Shown here: in pieces, positions 19,140-29,437 of the stretch
Position numbering within the stretch: the stretch's first letter is position 1
How the letters are laid out: each line of letters opens with the position of its first letter
DNA from: Brevibacterium luteolum
GTDB lineage: Bacteria > Actinomycetota > Actinomycetes > Actinomycetales > Brevibacteriaceae
NCBI RefSeq assembly: GCF_013004595.1
Contig: NZ_JABEMC010000009.1
Span: 1-64,000, forward strand
Length of the DNA stretch: 64,000 nucleotides
Reading direction: 5' to 3'
Notes under the pieces: model-generated
The model's database searches: none
Told to the model about the DNA's origin: nothing
Seen by the model: only the letters and a program-made list of their open reading frames with translations
Translations under genes and position numbers: made by a program

Positions 19140-20168
19140 TCACCGTTCGGTGACGAAGCCTTCGTCGACCATCCAGCGCAGTGCCACGTCGACGGGGTCG
19201 TCACCGTCGACGTCGACCTGCCGGTTGAGCTCCTGCATCTGCTCGGTGGTGAGCTTCTCGGCGATCGGCGCGTAGACCTCTTCGAGCTGCGGGTACTCCT
19301 CGAGCGTCTGAGTGAAGAACACGGGGGCTGCGTTGTAGGCGGGGAAGAACTGCCTGTCGTCTTCGAGGACGACGAGGCCCATCGCCTTGATCCGGCCGTC
19401 GGTGAGGTAGACATTGCCGAAGTTGCACTGCCCGGCCGCCGTTGCGGAGTAGATCGGGCCGGCATCGTAGATGCCGATGTTGTCCTCCGGTGTGCCGTCG
19501 GCCTCCCCGCGCGGAATGTCGTAGGCCTCGAGCATCGGGGTGAGCCCATCAGGCCGGGAGTTGAATTCGGCGGCCACGCAGATCGTGCGGTCCTCCGGCT
19601 TGAGATCGGCCAGCTGCGACATCTTCGTCACCGCGCCGAGCTCCCCGGGGGCATCGGGCCGGATCGCCATGCCGTAGGAGTTGTTGAGCTCAGCCGCCGG
19701 GCCCCAGGTCAGGCCGTTGGCAAGGTCGGCATCGTGGACCGCTTGCCACTGCTCGTGCGGATCCGGGATGCCCTCCTCCTCATTCAGGTACGTCAGCCAG
19801 GCGGTGCCGGTGTACTCCCAGGTCAGGTCGGCCTGCCCGCTCGTCATGAGTTTGCGGGCCGAGACGCTGCCGGGCACGTTCGTGAGGTCCTTGACGCTGA
19901 ACCCGGCTGCTTCGGCGGCGATGACGGAGATCTTGCCGAGGATGACCGCCTCGGTGAAGTTCTTGCTCGTGACGGTGAAGACCTTTCCGTCGGCGGCACC
20001 GGGGATCTCCTCGATCGACCCGGGGTTCACCGGCGGGATGTAGGCGGCCGAGGGCTGCAGTCCGCAGGCACCGAGCGCCAGGGTGCTCAGCAGTGCGATC
20101 CCGGCGCCGAGGCGGCCGAGCCTCGTGCGTGTGCGGCTGGCTGGGGTGATGATCGGGTGGGGTGTCAT
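19140..20168 (-). CDS. Osmoprotectant (glycine betaine/choline) ABC substrate-binding lipoprotein
   Basis: Lipobox LGAC, SKNFTE, WEYTGT, LEDDRQFFPAYN. Confidence 0.92.
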   Translation of the reverse strand: MTPHPIITPASRTRTRLGRLGAGIALLSTLALGACGLQPSAAYIPPVNPGSIEEIPGAADGKVFTVTSKNFTEAVILGKISVIAAEAAGFSVKDLTNVPGSVSARKLMTSGQADLTWEYTGTAWLTYLNEEEGIPDPHEQWQAVHDADLANGLTWGPAAELNNSYGMAIRPDAPGELGAVTKMSQLADLKPEDRTICVAAEFNSRPDGLTPMLEAYDIPRGEADGTPEDNIGIYDAGPIYSATAAGQCNFGNVYLTDGRIKAMGLVVLEDDRQFFPAYNAAPVFFTQTLEEYPQLEEVYAPIAEKLTTEQMQELNRQVDVDGDDPVDVALRWMVDEGFVTER

Positions 20169-20914
20169 GCCAGTCCCTTCGGCCGTACGGCCAGTTCGAC
20201 GACGCGTCCGGTCCAGTCGACGACGAGGGCGAGCAGGGCAACGAGGATGGCTCCGGCGATGAGCACCCGGGTGAGGTCGAGCGTCACCCCGGTGGTGATG
20301 AGCAGGCCGAGTCCGCCGCCGTTGACGAAGGTCGCCAGAGTGGCGGTGCCGACGAGCAGGACGAGTGCGGTGCGGATGCCGGAGAGCATGACGGGCACCG
20401 CAAGCGGCAGTTCAACGCGGAAGAGCACGGCGGCAGCGCTCATGCCCATGCCGCGGCCGGCTTCGATGAGCTGCCGGTCGACCTGGGTGAGGCCGACCAT
20501 CGTGTTGCGCAGCACCGGCAGCAGCGCGTAGACGACGAGTGCTGCGATCGCGGCCTGCAGGCCGAAGCCGAGCCAGAACCCGAAGAGCACGATGATGCCG
20601 ACGGCCGGGGCGGCCTGGCCGATGTTCGCTACGGCCATGACCGGTCCTGCGGCCCGGCGCAGGGCTGGGCGGGTGAGCAGGATGCCGAGCGGGATCGCCA
20701 CGGCGAGCACGATGACGGCGGATATGACGGTGAGCAGCAGGTGCTCCACGGTCAGCGACCAGACCGCGCCGGGTGCCAGAGTGGAGGATTCGACCTCGGT
20801 GAGGTCGGTGGTCAGCAGCCACCAGATGAGCACGCCGAAGGCCGCGACGATGATCCCGGCCTGCACGAGCAGGTCGCGGATGTCTCTGCGCTGTCCGACG
20901 GTCAGGGTACTCAT
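20165..20914 (-). CDS. Osmoprotectant ABC permease
   Basis: EAA loop EAGRGMGMS, VELPLAVPV. Confidence 0.92.
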   Translation of the reverse strand: MSTLTVGQRRDIRDLLVQAGIIVAAFGVLIWWLLTTDLTEVESSTLAPGAVWSLTVEHLLLTVISAVIVLAVAIPLGILLTRPALRRAAGPVMAVANIGQAAPAVGIIVLFGFWLGFGLQAAIAALVVYALLPVLRNTMVGLTQVDRQLIEAGRGMGMSAAAVLFRVELPLAVPVMLSGIRTALVLLVGTATLATFVNGGGLGLLITTGVTLDLTRVLIAGAILVALLALVVDWTGRVVELAVRPKGLA

Positions 20915-22386
20915 GGCCGGTCCTCGTCTGCACGGTGCGCGCCGGCCGGACGATCGGCGGGTTCACCGGCAGCCGTGTCGCCTGCCGTTTTGCCTGCCGT
21001 TTCGTCGGCAACCGTGCCGCCTGCCGTATCGTCAGCAGCCGTGCCGTCACCGGTGTCGCCTGTGTCTGCGGTCGGGTCTTCGCGTTGCTTAGCGGCGATC
21101 GCCTCGTCAGTGTTGCGGCCGGTGCGCCCATCGTCTTCGGGGATCTCGAACTCCTCGGGTTCGTTCTGCCCCAGCGGCGCCTCGGCGGCAGTGTCGTGGG
21201 CGCGGCCGTTGAGCCCGGAGATGACGTCCATGATCGTATCGACGGTGACGAGGCCGAGCATCTGGCGGCGCTGGCCGACGACGATCGCCGATGACGTCGT
21301 CGTCACGAGCATCGAATCGAGTGCGTCGTTGAGCGAGGCGCGGTTGTAGACCACCGGCAGGTCCTCATTCACCTGCGTCGGCATCGTCTCCAAGCGTTCG
21401 AGCTGGCTGGCGATGAGCCAGTCGACGGGCCGGTCCTGGTCGTCGACGACGACCACGTAGTCATCGCCTGCCGCACGCATCGTCTCCACCGCCTCGGCGG
21501 CGGGGGCACCGGCACGCACGCGCACCGGTTCGGTCAGCTCAACGTCATCGAGGCGGGACAGGGACAGCTGCTTGAGCCCGGCGCCTGCGCCCATGAAGTC
21601 CTCGACGAAGGAGTTCGCCGGCTGGGCGAGGATCCTCTCAGGTGAGTCGTACTGGGCGAGGATGCCGCCTTCGCGGAAGATCGCGATCCAGTCGCCGAGC
21701 TTGACGGCCTCGTCGAAGTCGTGGGTGACGCACACGATCGTCTTCTTCAGCTCCGAGTGGATGGCGATGAGCTCATCCTGCAGCCGCTGGCGGGTGATCG
21801 GGTCGACCGCGCCGAAGGGCTCATCCATGAGCAGCACCGGCGGGTCTGCTGCCAGCGCCCGGGCGACACCGACGCGCTGCTGCTGGCCGCCGGAGAGCTC
21901 GCGCGGGAACCGGTCGCGGTAGGCGGCCGGGTCAAGGGACACGAGTTCGAGCAGCTCGTCGACGCGGGCGCGGATCCGGCTGGCATCCCAGCCGAGCATC
22001 TTGGGCACCAGTCCGATGTTCTTGGCCACCGTCATGTGCGGGAACAGCCCGCCGGCCTGGATGACGTAGCCCAGCCGGCGGCGCAGCTTGTCGGCATCGA
22101 GGTCGGTGACGTCCTCACCATCGATGAGCACCCGGCCCGACGTCGGTTCGATGAGCCGGTTGATCATCTTGAGCGTCGTCGTCTTCCCGCAGCCGGACGG
22201 CCCGCAGAACATCACGATCGAACCGGCCGGGATCTCCAGATTCAGCCCGTCGACAGCCGGCGGCTTGCCCGAGTCGTAGCGTTTGGTGATCCCCTCCAGG
22301 GTGATCGACACGCCCTGGGTGCCGGTCTCATGCTCGGTGCCGGCCGCCTCGAAAGCGGTGGATGCAGTGCGGTGGTTCTCAGACAC
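20911..22386 (-). CDS. Osmoprotectant ABC ATP-binding subunit with CBS domains
   Basis: GPSGCGKTT, LSGGQQQR, LLMDEPFGAVD; acidic low-complexity tail. Confidence 0.93.
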   Translation of the reverse strand: MSENHRTASTAFEAAGTEHETGTQGVSITLEGITKRYDSGKPPAVDGLNLEIPAGSIVMFCGPSGCGKTTTLKMINRLIEPTSGRVLIDGEDVTDLDADKLRRRLGYVIQAGGLFPHMTVAKNIGLVPKMLGWDASRIRARVDELLELVSLDPAAYRDRFPRELSGGQQQRVGVARALAADPPVLLMDEPFGAVDPITRQRLQDELIAIHSELKKTIVCVTHDFDEAVKLGDWIAIFREGGILAQYDSPERILAQPANSFVEDFMGAGAGLKQLSLSRLDDVELTEPVRVRAGAPAAEAVETMRAAGDDYVVVVDDQDRPVDWLIASQLERLETMPTQVNEDLPVVYNRASLNDALDSMLVTTTSSAIVVGQRRQMLGLVTVDTIMDVISGLNGRAHDTAAEAPLGQNEPEEFEIPEDDGRTGRNTDEAIAAKQREDPTADTGDTGDGTAADDTAGGTVADETAGKTAGDTAAGEPADRPAGAHRADEDRP

Positions 22387-23020
22387 GGATACCCCTCGGG
22401 ATGGTCAAGCGGCCGACTGCCACAAGCAGCAGGTCGAGGATGAAGGCGAGGATGATGACGCCGACGACGCCAATGACGACGGATTCGAGTGAGTTCGCGC
22501 CGCCGAGGCGGTCGAGGCCGGAGAAGATGAACGCGCCGAGGCCAGGGCCGAGTGAGTAGGCGGCGATGGTCGCGATCCCCATCACCATCTGCCCGGAGAC
22601 GCGGACGCCAGCGAGGATGACCGGCCAGGCCATCGGCAGTTCGACGGTCATCAGGGTGCGCAGGCGGCTCATGCCGATTCCGCGGGCGGATTCGACGACG
22701 TCGCCGGGGATGCCGGCGAGCCCGACGAGGGCGTTGCGCAGGATCGGGAGGGCGGCGTAGAAGGTCACGACGATGACGGCGGGAATGACGCCGAAGCCGA
22801 CCGGGGCGATGAGCAGGCCGACGAGCGCGAACGACGGGATCGTCAGGCCGATCGCCGAGACGCTGTTGGCTGCTGCAGTCAGCGCTGAGGAGCGGTACGA
22901 CAGCACGGCGATGACAACGGCGATGAGGGTGGCGAGCAGGAGGCTCTGGCCGACGAGGCTGAAGTGCTGCCAGGAGGCGAAGAGGATCTGGTCAGAGCGC
23001 TGCGTGAAGTACTCCCACAC
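22379..23020 (-). CDS. Osmoprotectant ABC permease
   Basis: ESARGIGMS, VELPMAWPV. Confidence 0.92.
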   Translation of the reverse strand: MWEYFTQRSDQILFASWQHFSLVGQSLLLATLIAVVIAVLSYRSSALTAAANSVSAIGLTIPSFALVGLLIAPVGFGVIPAVIVVTFYAALPILRNALVGLAGIPGDVVESARGIGMSRLRTLMTVELPMAWPVILAGVRVSGQMVMGIATIAAYSLGPGLGAFIFSGLDRLGGANSLESVVIGVVGVIILAFILDLLLVAVGRLTIPRGIRV

Positions 23021-23280
23021 GTGTGTGGCTCCCCTCGGCTGCCGTCAGTGGATCGTGCCCTTGGTCCGCGAGTCTACACCTGCCGGTGGATAATCTCAGG
23101 CCGCCTTGCCGGTTGCGGGGTCTGCTGGGGTGGCTGCCGCTCCCGAGGGGGCGCCGTTGCCCCGATGGGGGCCTCCGCTGCCGAGGCGGCGGCTGAGTCG
23201 GGTCTGCCGAGGTGGTGGCTGGCTCGGGTCTGCCAGCCCCTTGCTCAGCACCCGTCGAGTGTATATTTGCTGGTGAGCGA

Positions 23281-23460
23281 GCGATGTCCGTGCCTCGTGC
23301 TGTGATGGAAGCAAGGAAGGAGAGCCCTGAGGGCTCCAGTTGGACAGAGGGGTGATGGGCATGACGCGGACGGCGGTGGCGGGCACGGTCGCTTTTGCAC
23401 CCATGGTTCGGCGTTGTCCCTGGTCAGTCTGCGTTGTCCGTGCCTCGTGGTGTGATGGAA
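23281..23460 (+). promoter_or_regulatory. Duplicated 30-bp motif resembling a PafBC/RecA-NDp DNA-damage promoter
   Basis: GCG(A/T)TGTCCGTGCCTCGTG(C/G)TGTGATGGAA at 23281-23310 and 23431-23460; reads TGTCCG-N10-TGTGAT versus TGTCGG-N10-TANNNT. Confidence 0.55.
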
Positions 23461-23494
23461 CCATTGCATCGATAAGCGAAGGGAGGCGACGGCG

Positions 23495-25153
23495 ATGACG
23501 GCGACAGTTGAGACTTCCGTGCCGACGCCTGCTGGGGCGTACCGGACCCGGTTCTGCGCCTTCGAGCAGTCCCTCAGCGCGCTCGAGCGGGCACAGTTGC
23601 AGGGGTATGAGGAGATGTTCGGCGTCGTGCTCGAACGGGTGCGCGCTGACAGCCGTGACAACATCGACACTCAGGTCGATGCGCTGCACTCCCTCGCCGG
23701 TGCTGGCTTCGCCGAGACTGCGGCTGAACCGCAGGCAGCCAAAACTGCGGTTGAACCGCAAGCAGCAGGCGGAGTTTCCGATGCAGCGCGCGCAGAGGCG
23801 CTCACCTGGCTGCGCGACCGCATCGGCACACCGACGCTGGCCGCTCTCGCCCACGCCCTCGATATCACGTCGAACACCGCGTGGTCACGGGTCACTGGCG
23901 CCGCCACGGCATTCATCGGACTGCCGAAACTCACCGCACAGGTGCGCGCGGGCAGATTGAGCTTCGATCGCTTCGTCTCCGCCGCCGGGCAGGCAGCATC
24001 CGTCGACCCGGCCCTGCTCGGTCAGCTCGACACGCTGCTGGCCACGATCACCGCGACGAAGAAGAGCGTGTACTACTCGGAGGTCAAGGCCGCCATTGCC
24101 GCGCTGGTCACGCGCGCCGAACAGGCTCAGCAGATCCGGGAGCGCCGCCGCGTCGAGGCGTTCTACGATCAGCACGGTCGCGGCACGCTCATCGTGCAGG
24201 GACCGTCTCATGAGATCGCGCTCCTTCACGCGCGCCTTGAGGGCATGGCCCGCTGTGTGGTCCGCGGCTACACTGCCGGGTTCGACCTGCCGGACAACCA
24301 TGTCTTCGCTGACTCCCGCTCCTTTGAGCAGCTGAAGTACGACTTCCTCATCGGCGCGACGATCGGCGGGGATGTCAACACCCTCGACCTCGCACAGGAG
24401 GCGCTAGCCAAACGGCAGGAAGCTTCGGGACACATTGGTTCGCCACTGGATCCGCTGGCGGATGATCTCGCCGACCTGCTCAGTGATACGCCCGTCTCAT
24501 GTCCCGGCCAGCGGCCAGTGGCTGGCACGCCAGGCCAAGATCACCATCACCGTACCGGCCATGGCACTGACCGAGGGCCCAGCCGCTGACGAGCTGCCCG
24601 GTTCGGTCGACGGTAGCCCCGTCAGTGCTGATGTGGCCCGTCAGCTGGTCGGCTCGGCAGGGGACACAATCTACCGTCTGCTCACCGACCCGAACACCGG
24701 TGAAGTCCTCGACCATGTCGCAACGACGTACACGATCGGTGCACGCATGCGGCACGCACTCGTGGCGCGCTGGCGATACTGCACCGCCCCCGGCTGCGAC
24801 CGGCCGGCCACAAAAGCAGAACTCGACCACATCGAACCCTTCAACCACAGGCACCCCACCCACGGCGGACCGACAACCATGGAGAACCTGCACCCACTGT
24901 GCAAACAGCACCACCAACTCAAAACCCAAGGAGTCTTAGACTCAGACGCGAGCCCCGAACAGGGGTACTGACGTGGACGCTGCCAGGAGGCACAACAGCA
25001 ACGACCCATCCACCGGGGTCAGTGCTGCACCGCCGGCATGCCGAACTCATCACCAACACCACGCCAGGTGAAGCCCACTCCCAGCCGGACACGCCAGGCT
25101 CGCACGACAATGTGAACGACGGGCTCTTCTCCCCTGAAGAGGCACACCCGTGA
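23495..25153 (+). pseudogene. DUF222/HNH endonuclease (REP13E12-like) with two frameshifts
   Basis: Three overlapping frames join into one protein with CTAPGC, ELDHIEPF, GGPTTMENLHPLCKQHHQLKT and LTWTLPGG; shifts near 24504 and 24935. Confidence 0.85.
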
Positions 25154-25421
25154 TGAGAACCTCGCCGCCCCCACACCCGCGGCAGCACCTGCACACCGAC
25201 ACAGCCAGTGTCAGCCATGGTCGCAGCTGCACAGAACAGGGGCTGAGCGACTGTGGTCTGGCAATTGCATAGCGAATAAGGCACCCCCCGGTTTCGCAGG
25301 CCGGAACGGCCGGACAGGCCCGTTCGACTGCTCCGGCCTCCCAAACCGGGCACCTTGGGCAGGCGGGACCCTGCCGGCAACCATGTGCCGTGGCGCGAAA
25401 CGAAACTGCCGGAAGTTAATC

Positions 25422-25946
25422 TCAGCGCGTCTTGCCGGACGCGGCATCAACCGGTGCATTTTCCGCGCCCGAGGCGGCGGCCGCCTGACCGGCGTTCGAC
25501 AGCGGACAGCTGCGCTCCTTGCGCACGCGGGCGACGAACGCCCAAGCCAGCAGCGCAATCGACCCGAGCGCGAGGACCGGCTGAACGGGTTCGAAGTACT
25601 GCATCGCCCCGGCATAGCCCAGTGCTAGCAGCACGAGCTTGTTGCACCCCGGGCAGCCAACGGCGAAGAACGTGATGACCGCTCCGGCCGCACCGAGCCG
25701 GCCGCCGCGCTCCTCGGAGTTCTCACCGGTATCGCGTCGGGCGACGTACGTGGCGGCGACGAGGCCGGCGAGCACGGCATTGGCGATGAGAACCGGCCAA
25801 GCCCACCAGGTCGGCGGGACATCGCGGGTGAACAGCGGCGTGTCGATGAGGTCAGTTGGGACAGCGACGAGGAGGATGGTGGCAGCAGCGGTGCCGAGAG
25901 CGAACAGCCAGCGGCGCGGCTGCCAGGTTGCCAGCTCGGCCAGCAT
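25422..25946 (-). CDS. Conserved membrane protein with CxxC motif
   Basis: VPTDLIDTPLFTR, FAVGCPGCNKLVLLALG, YFEPVQP, C-terminal SCP. Confidence 0.8.
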   Translation of the reverse strand: MLAELATWQPRRWLFALGTAAATILLVAVPTDLIDTPLFTRDVPPTWWAWPVLIANAVLAGLVAATYVARRDTGENSEERGGRLGAAGAVITFFAVGCPGCNKLVLLALGYAGAMQYFEPVQPVLALGSIALLAWAFVARVRKERSCPLSNAGQAAAASGAENAPVDAASGKTR

Positions 25947-26113
25947 CGACCCTCTCCCTTTCCTGGTGTGTGCCGCGGCTCGGTCCGGGCCGCAGCTGTC
26001 GTGTCCGCTGGCGACGATACCGTAAGCTCCATAACCGAACCTGAGTGCATTGCAGCACCAGTTGCACCTGCTGTGCCTCACCGCCGTGGTGTCGTTCCGA
26101 TCGGAGGGCAGCT

Positions 26114-27259
26114 GTGACCGTCACCATTCCGCCGCCGAATCCGCGTCGGCACCCCTCGCCGTTCAGCCCGAGTTTCGGGACCACCCCGGCTGCCGTCGTC
26201 GGCATCCAAAAGGAGGTCAACCTCTTCGCCCGCGCTCTCGACGGTGCGGTCCGCGGTCGCGCGATGCTCGTGACCGGCCCGCGCGGGGTCGGCAAGACGG
26301 TGCTGCTCAACACCTTCGGCGAGGTCGCTGACTCCCGCCAGTGGGTGACAGTGCGAGAACAGGCCTCCCCGGGTGTCGTGCAGCGGCTGACCGAAGCACG
26401 ACTGCCGCAGCTGCTCGAAGACCTCGATGCCGCCCAGACCTCGACGTCCTCCACTGTCGGGTTCACGCTGCCGGTCATCGGCGGCGGACTGACGGCCCGA
26501 GCCGATTCGACGAATCCGCTGACCCCGGATCTGCGTCACCGGCTCATGCAGGCCCTCGACATTCTGTCTGCTCACGGCACCGGTCTGCTGCTGACGCTTG
26601 ATGAGGTGCACCGGACGAATGTCGCTGAGCTACGGGCCATCACCGATGCAGTGGCACATGCAGTGTCCCAGGGAGCGCCGCTGGCGTTCGTGGCCGCCGG
26701 ACTGCCGGCGACGATGAACAAGCTCGTCAACGACGACGTCTCGACGTTCCTGCGCCGGGCCGAACGGATCGCACTGAAGAACTTCACCGCCGACGACACC
26801 GCCGTCGCCTTGCGCCACCCGATCGAGAACGCCGGCAAGTCGATCGACGCCGATGCTCTCGAAACCGCAGTCGAGGCTTCAGAGAACTACCCGTATCTGG
26901 TGCAGCTCATCGGCGATTTCGCGTGGGAGGCCGCCGCCGAGGCACCGGTCATCACCGCAGAGCATGTCGCCTGGGCGGTCGAGCAGGCCAGACCCGCCCT
27001 GTTCCGGCAGATCCACGAACCAACACTGGCAGGCCTGTCGGATCGGGACAAGGACTACATCTTCGCGATGAGTGCTGATGACGAGCCCTCGCTGACCCGT
27101 GAGGTCGCCAAACGCCTCGGGGTCAGCATCCAGCATGCCGGGGTGTACCGCAGCCGGCTCATCATCGATGGGGTCATCATGGAGTCCGGCCGCGGGAAGG
27201 TCGAGTTCGCGATCCCGTACCTGCGCGACTTCCTGCGGTCCGAAAGCGCCCGCCGCTGA
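26114..27259 (+). CDS. AAA/STAND-like ATPase with C-terminal winged helix
   Basis: SPFSPSFG, Walker A GPRGVGKT, Walker B LLLTLDE, NYPYLVQLIG, YRSRLIIDGVI; GGAGG before GTG 26114. Confidence 0.85.
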   Translation: MTVTIPPPNPRRHPSPFSPSFGTTPAAVVGIQKEVNLFARALDGAVRGRAMLVTGPRGVGKTVLLNTFGEVADSRQWVTVREQASPGVVQRLTEARLPQLLEDLDAAQTSTSSTVGFTLPVIGGGLTARADSTNPLTPDLRHRLMQALDILSAHGTGLLLTLDEVHRTNVAELRAITDAVAHAVSQGAPLAFVAAGLPATMNKLVNDDVSTFLRRAERIALKNFTADDTAVALRHPIENAGKSIDADALETAVEASENYPYLVQLIGDFAWEAAAEAPVITAEHVAWAVEQARPALFRQIHEPTLAGLSDRDKDYIFAMSADDEPSLTREVAKRLGVSIQHAGVYRSRLIIDGVIMESGRGKVEFAIPYLRDFLRSESARR

Positions 27260-27270
27260 GCTGCCGAGCC

Positions 27271-28020
27271 TTACTGACCGGCTTCAGCCAGTTCCTTCTC
27301 GATCGTCTCGCGGAACACCTCGGCTGGCTGGGCACCGGAGATGACGGAGTCGTTGATCGCAAAGGTCGGCACGCTTGTGACGCCGAGGCGCTGAGCCTCT
27401 TCGAAGTCTGATTGCACCTGGGCGTGCAGGTCTTCGCTGTCGAGGTCGGCTTCGAACTTCTCCATGTCCGCAACTCCGGCGGTCTTGGCATGCTTGATGA
27501 GCACTTCGCGCGGCAGGTCCGGGTGGCCGCTGTCCGGCGCCTCACCGAACACGGCATGCTGGTACTCCCAGAACACGCCCTGCTCAGCTGCTGCCCGGGC
27601 AGCGACAGCGGCGTCGACGGACTGGTCGCCGAAGACCGGTGCATCGCGCCACTCGACGCGCATCCGGCCGTCCGCAACATACTCATCGACAAGGTCGCCG
27701 AGCGTGTCGCGGTGGAACTTGCCGCAGAACGGGCAGCGGTAGTCGGCGAACTCGATGAGCACGACCGGGGCATCGACCTCGCCCATAGCGGTCGGGTCGC
27801 CGTCGATGCGGCGGGAGAGGTCGAACTCCTGCTGCTGGGCACCGGTGGCTGCGCCCTGGCTGCCGGACTCGTCCTCTGCCTGCGTGCCGGAGTTCGTACC
27901 CAAGCCCGAACCAGCGATGATGCTGATGACGAGGATGATGACGAGCAGGCCGGCCGCGATCGTCCACGGCCAGTTCCGGGCCAGGAATCCCTGGGATCGT
28001 GTGGCTCGGGGCCGGTTCAT
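27271..28020 (-). CDS. DsbA-family thiol-disulfide oxidoreductase
   Basis: EFADYRCPFC, GVTSVPTF, GAQP; N-terminal anchor. Confidence 0.92.
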   Translation of the reverse strand: MNRPRATRSQGFLARNWPWTIAAGLLVIILVISIIAGSGLGTNSGTQAEDESGSQGAATGAQQQEFDLSRRIDGDPTAMGEVDAPVVLIEFADYRCPFCGKFHRDTLGDLVDEYVADGRMRVEWRDAPVFGDQSVDAAVAARAAAEQGVFWEYQHAVFGEAPDSGHPDLPREVLIKHAKTAGVADMEKFEADLDSEDLHAQVQSDFEEAQRLGVTSVPTFAINDSVISGAQPAEVFRETIEKELAEAGQ

Positions 28021-28158
28021 GCGTGCTCTCTCCTATGCTGATATCGAGTCGGATGTTTCCGCTGTCCGCCTGCCACCATACGCGGCTCCGGTGAGTGGTA
28101 GCCAGAAGAGACGCAGGAACACAGAACAGGCGCGGGAACACTGTGGGAAGGGGACGCA

Positions 28159-28854
28159 ATGGCAGCCAACGCTCCGCGGTGGAAGCAGATCCACGACGAC
28201 CTGCGCGCCCGCATCGCCGCCGGCGAGTTCCACGCCGGGTTCCCCGGTGAGCTGCAGCTCGCCGCCGAATACCAGGTATCCCGCGGCACCATGCGTCAGG
28301 CGCTGCGCCCGCTGCGCGAAAGCGGTGTGCTCACAGCCAACCGCGGCAAGCGCCCCCACCTGCTCACCACCAGCCCGTCTGCCTACGGGGCGATCTACTC
28401 GCTGTTCGAGGTCATCTCCCGCTCCGGTCTCGAACCGCTTTCGGACATCCTCGCCCAGGAGATCATCACCGATGCGCAGGCCGCTGACCGGCTCGCCCTG
28501 CCAGCCGATGCGCGGCTGTTCCATCTGGCGCGCATCCGCCGGGCCGGTGACACGCCGGTCGCCGTCGACCATGTGTGGCTGCCGGCGGCCCTCGGGGAGC
28601 CGCTCATGAGCGCCGACTTCACCCGCGAGGCGGTCTACCATGTGCTCGCCGAGACCGCGAACGTGCGCATCGACGGCGGTTTCGAGGATGTCGCCGCTGT
28701 GCTCGCCGGGCCCGATGAGGCCCATCTGCTCGGATGCGCGACCGGTGAGGCGCTGCTGCGCTTCGAACGCCTCGGCACCTCCGGCGGGCAGCCGGTCGAG
28801 TTCCGCACCGGGGTGCTGCTCGGCACCGAGCTGAGCATCACCCACCGATTCTGA
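28159..28854 (+). CDS. GntR/HutC-family regulator with UTRA domain
   Basis: PGELQLAAEYQVSRGTMRQAL followed by a UTRA-like domain. Confidence 0.88.
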   Translation: MAANAPRWKQIHDDLRARIAAGEFHAGFPGELQLAAEYQVSRGTMRQALRPLRESGVLTANRGKRPHLLTTSPSAYGAIYSLFEVISRSGLEPLSDILAQEIITDAQAADRLALPADARLFHLARIRRAGDTPVAVDHVWLPAALGEPLMSADFTREAVYHVLAETANVRIDGGFEDVAAVLAGPDEAHLLGCATGEALLRFERLGTSGGQPVEFRTGVLLGTELSITHRF

Positions 28855-28882
28855 ACCGGTACTCCAGCCCCTGCGAATGACT

Positions 28883-28915
28883 GCGGGCCCCGCTTCTGCA
28901 AGAAGCAGGGCCCGC
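28883..28915. terminator. Hairpin between convergent gntR and dps
   Basis: GCGGGCCCCGCTTCT-gca-AGAAGCAGGGCCCGC. Confidence 0.7.
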
Positions 28916-28933
28916 GAGAGATTCAGCTGCCGA

Positions 28934-29437
28934 TCACTGATCGATCTTGCCGCTGCCGTCTTCGAGGTGGGCGCGCAGGAACCACTGGAACTGCTCGAGC
29001 TCGAAGGACTGCCCGGTGAGCATGTCCTCGGTGACCGGGTCGATCTCGCCGGTCTCCTCGATGGCGTCGCGGTGGGACTTCACAACACCGTCGTAGACGC
29101 GGTTGAGCGCCTTGATGTGCTCGATCGTGCCGGCACGGTCGACGTCGTAGTCCTCCCACGGCCGCTGGTAGGTCAGGCGGCCGGGCACACCGACCGGGCT
29201 GGAGCCGAGTGCGGCGATCCGCTCAGCGATGGCATCGGCGAAGCCGCGCACGGTCTCGACCTGCGGGTCGAGCATCTCGTGGACGCCGATGAAGTTGGGG
29301 CCGACCACATTCCAGTGGGCGTGCTTGAGGGTCAGGTGCAGGTCGTTCATCGAGTTGAGCCGGTCCTGCAGGATCTCGCAGACCTTCTTGGCATCTTCGT
29401 TCGTCAGTCCGGGAACGGTGTACGGGCGCTTCGTCAC
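28934..29437 (-). CDS. dps: DNA protection during starvation protein
   Basis: KHAHWNVVGPNFIGVHEMLD, DAIAERI, LEQFQWFLRAHLE; GGAGG before GTG 29437. Confidence 0.95.
   Translation of the reverse strand: MTKRPYTVPGLTNEDAKKVCEILQDRLNSMNDLHLTLKHAHWNVVGPNFIGVHEMLDPQVETVRGFADAIAERIAALGSSPVGVPGRLTYQRPWEDYDVDRAGTIEHIKALNRVYDGVVKSHRDAIEETGEIDPVTEDMLTGQSFELEQFQWFLRAHLEDGSGKIDQ

Noticed and set aside
20950..21075. Short repeats in the ABC ATPase tail
   Set aside because: Low-complexity coding linker (TAG/TAA-type amino-acid repeats); no sign of a separate element.
23281..23460. Possible CRISPR mini-array
   Set aside because: Only two repeats, a 120-nt gap and no cas genes.
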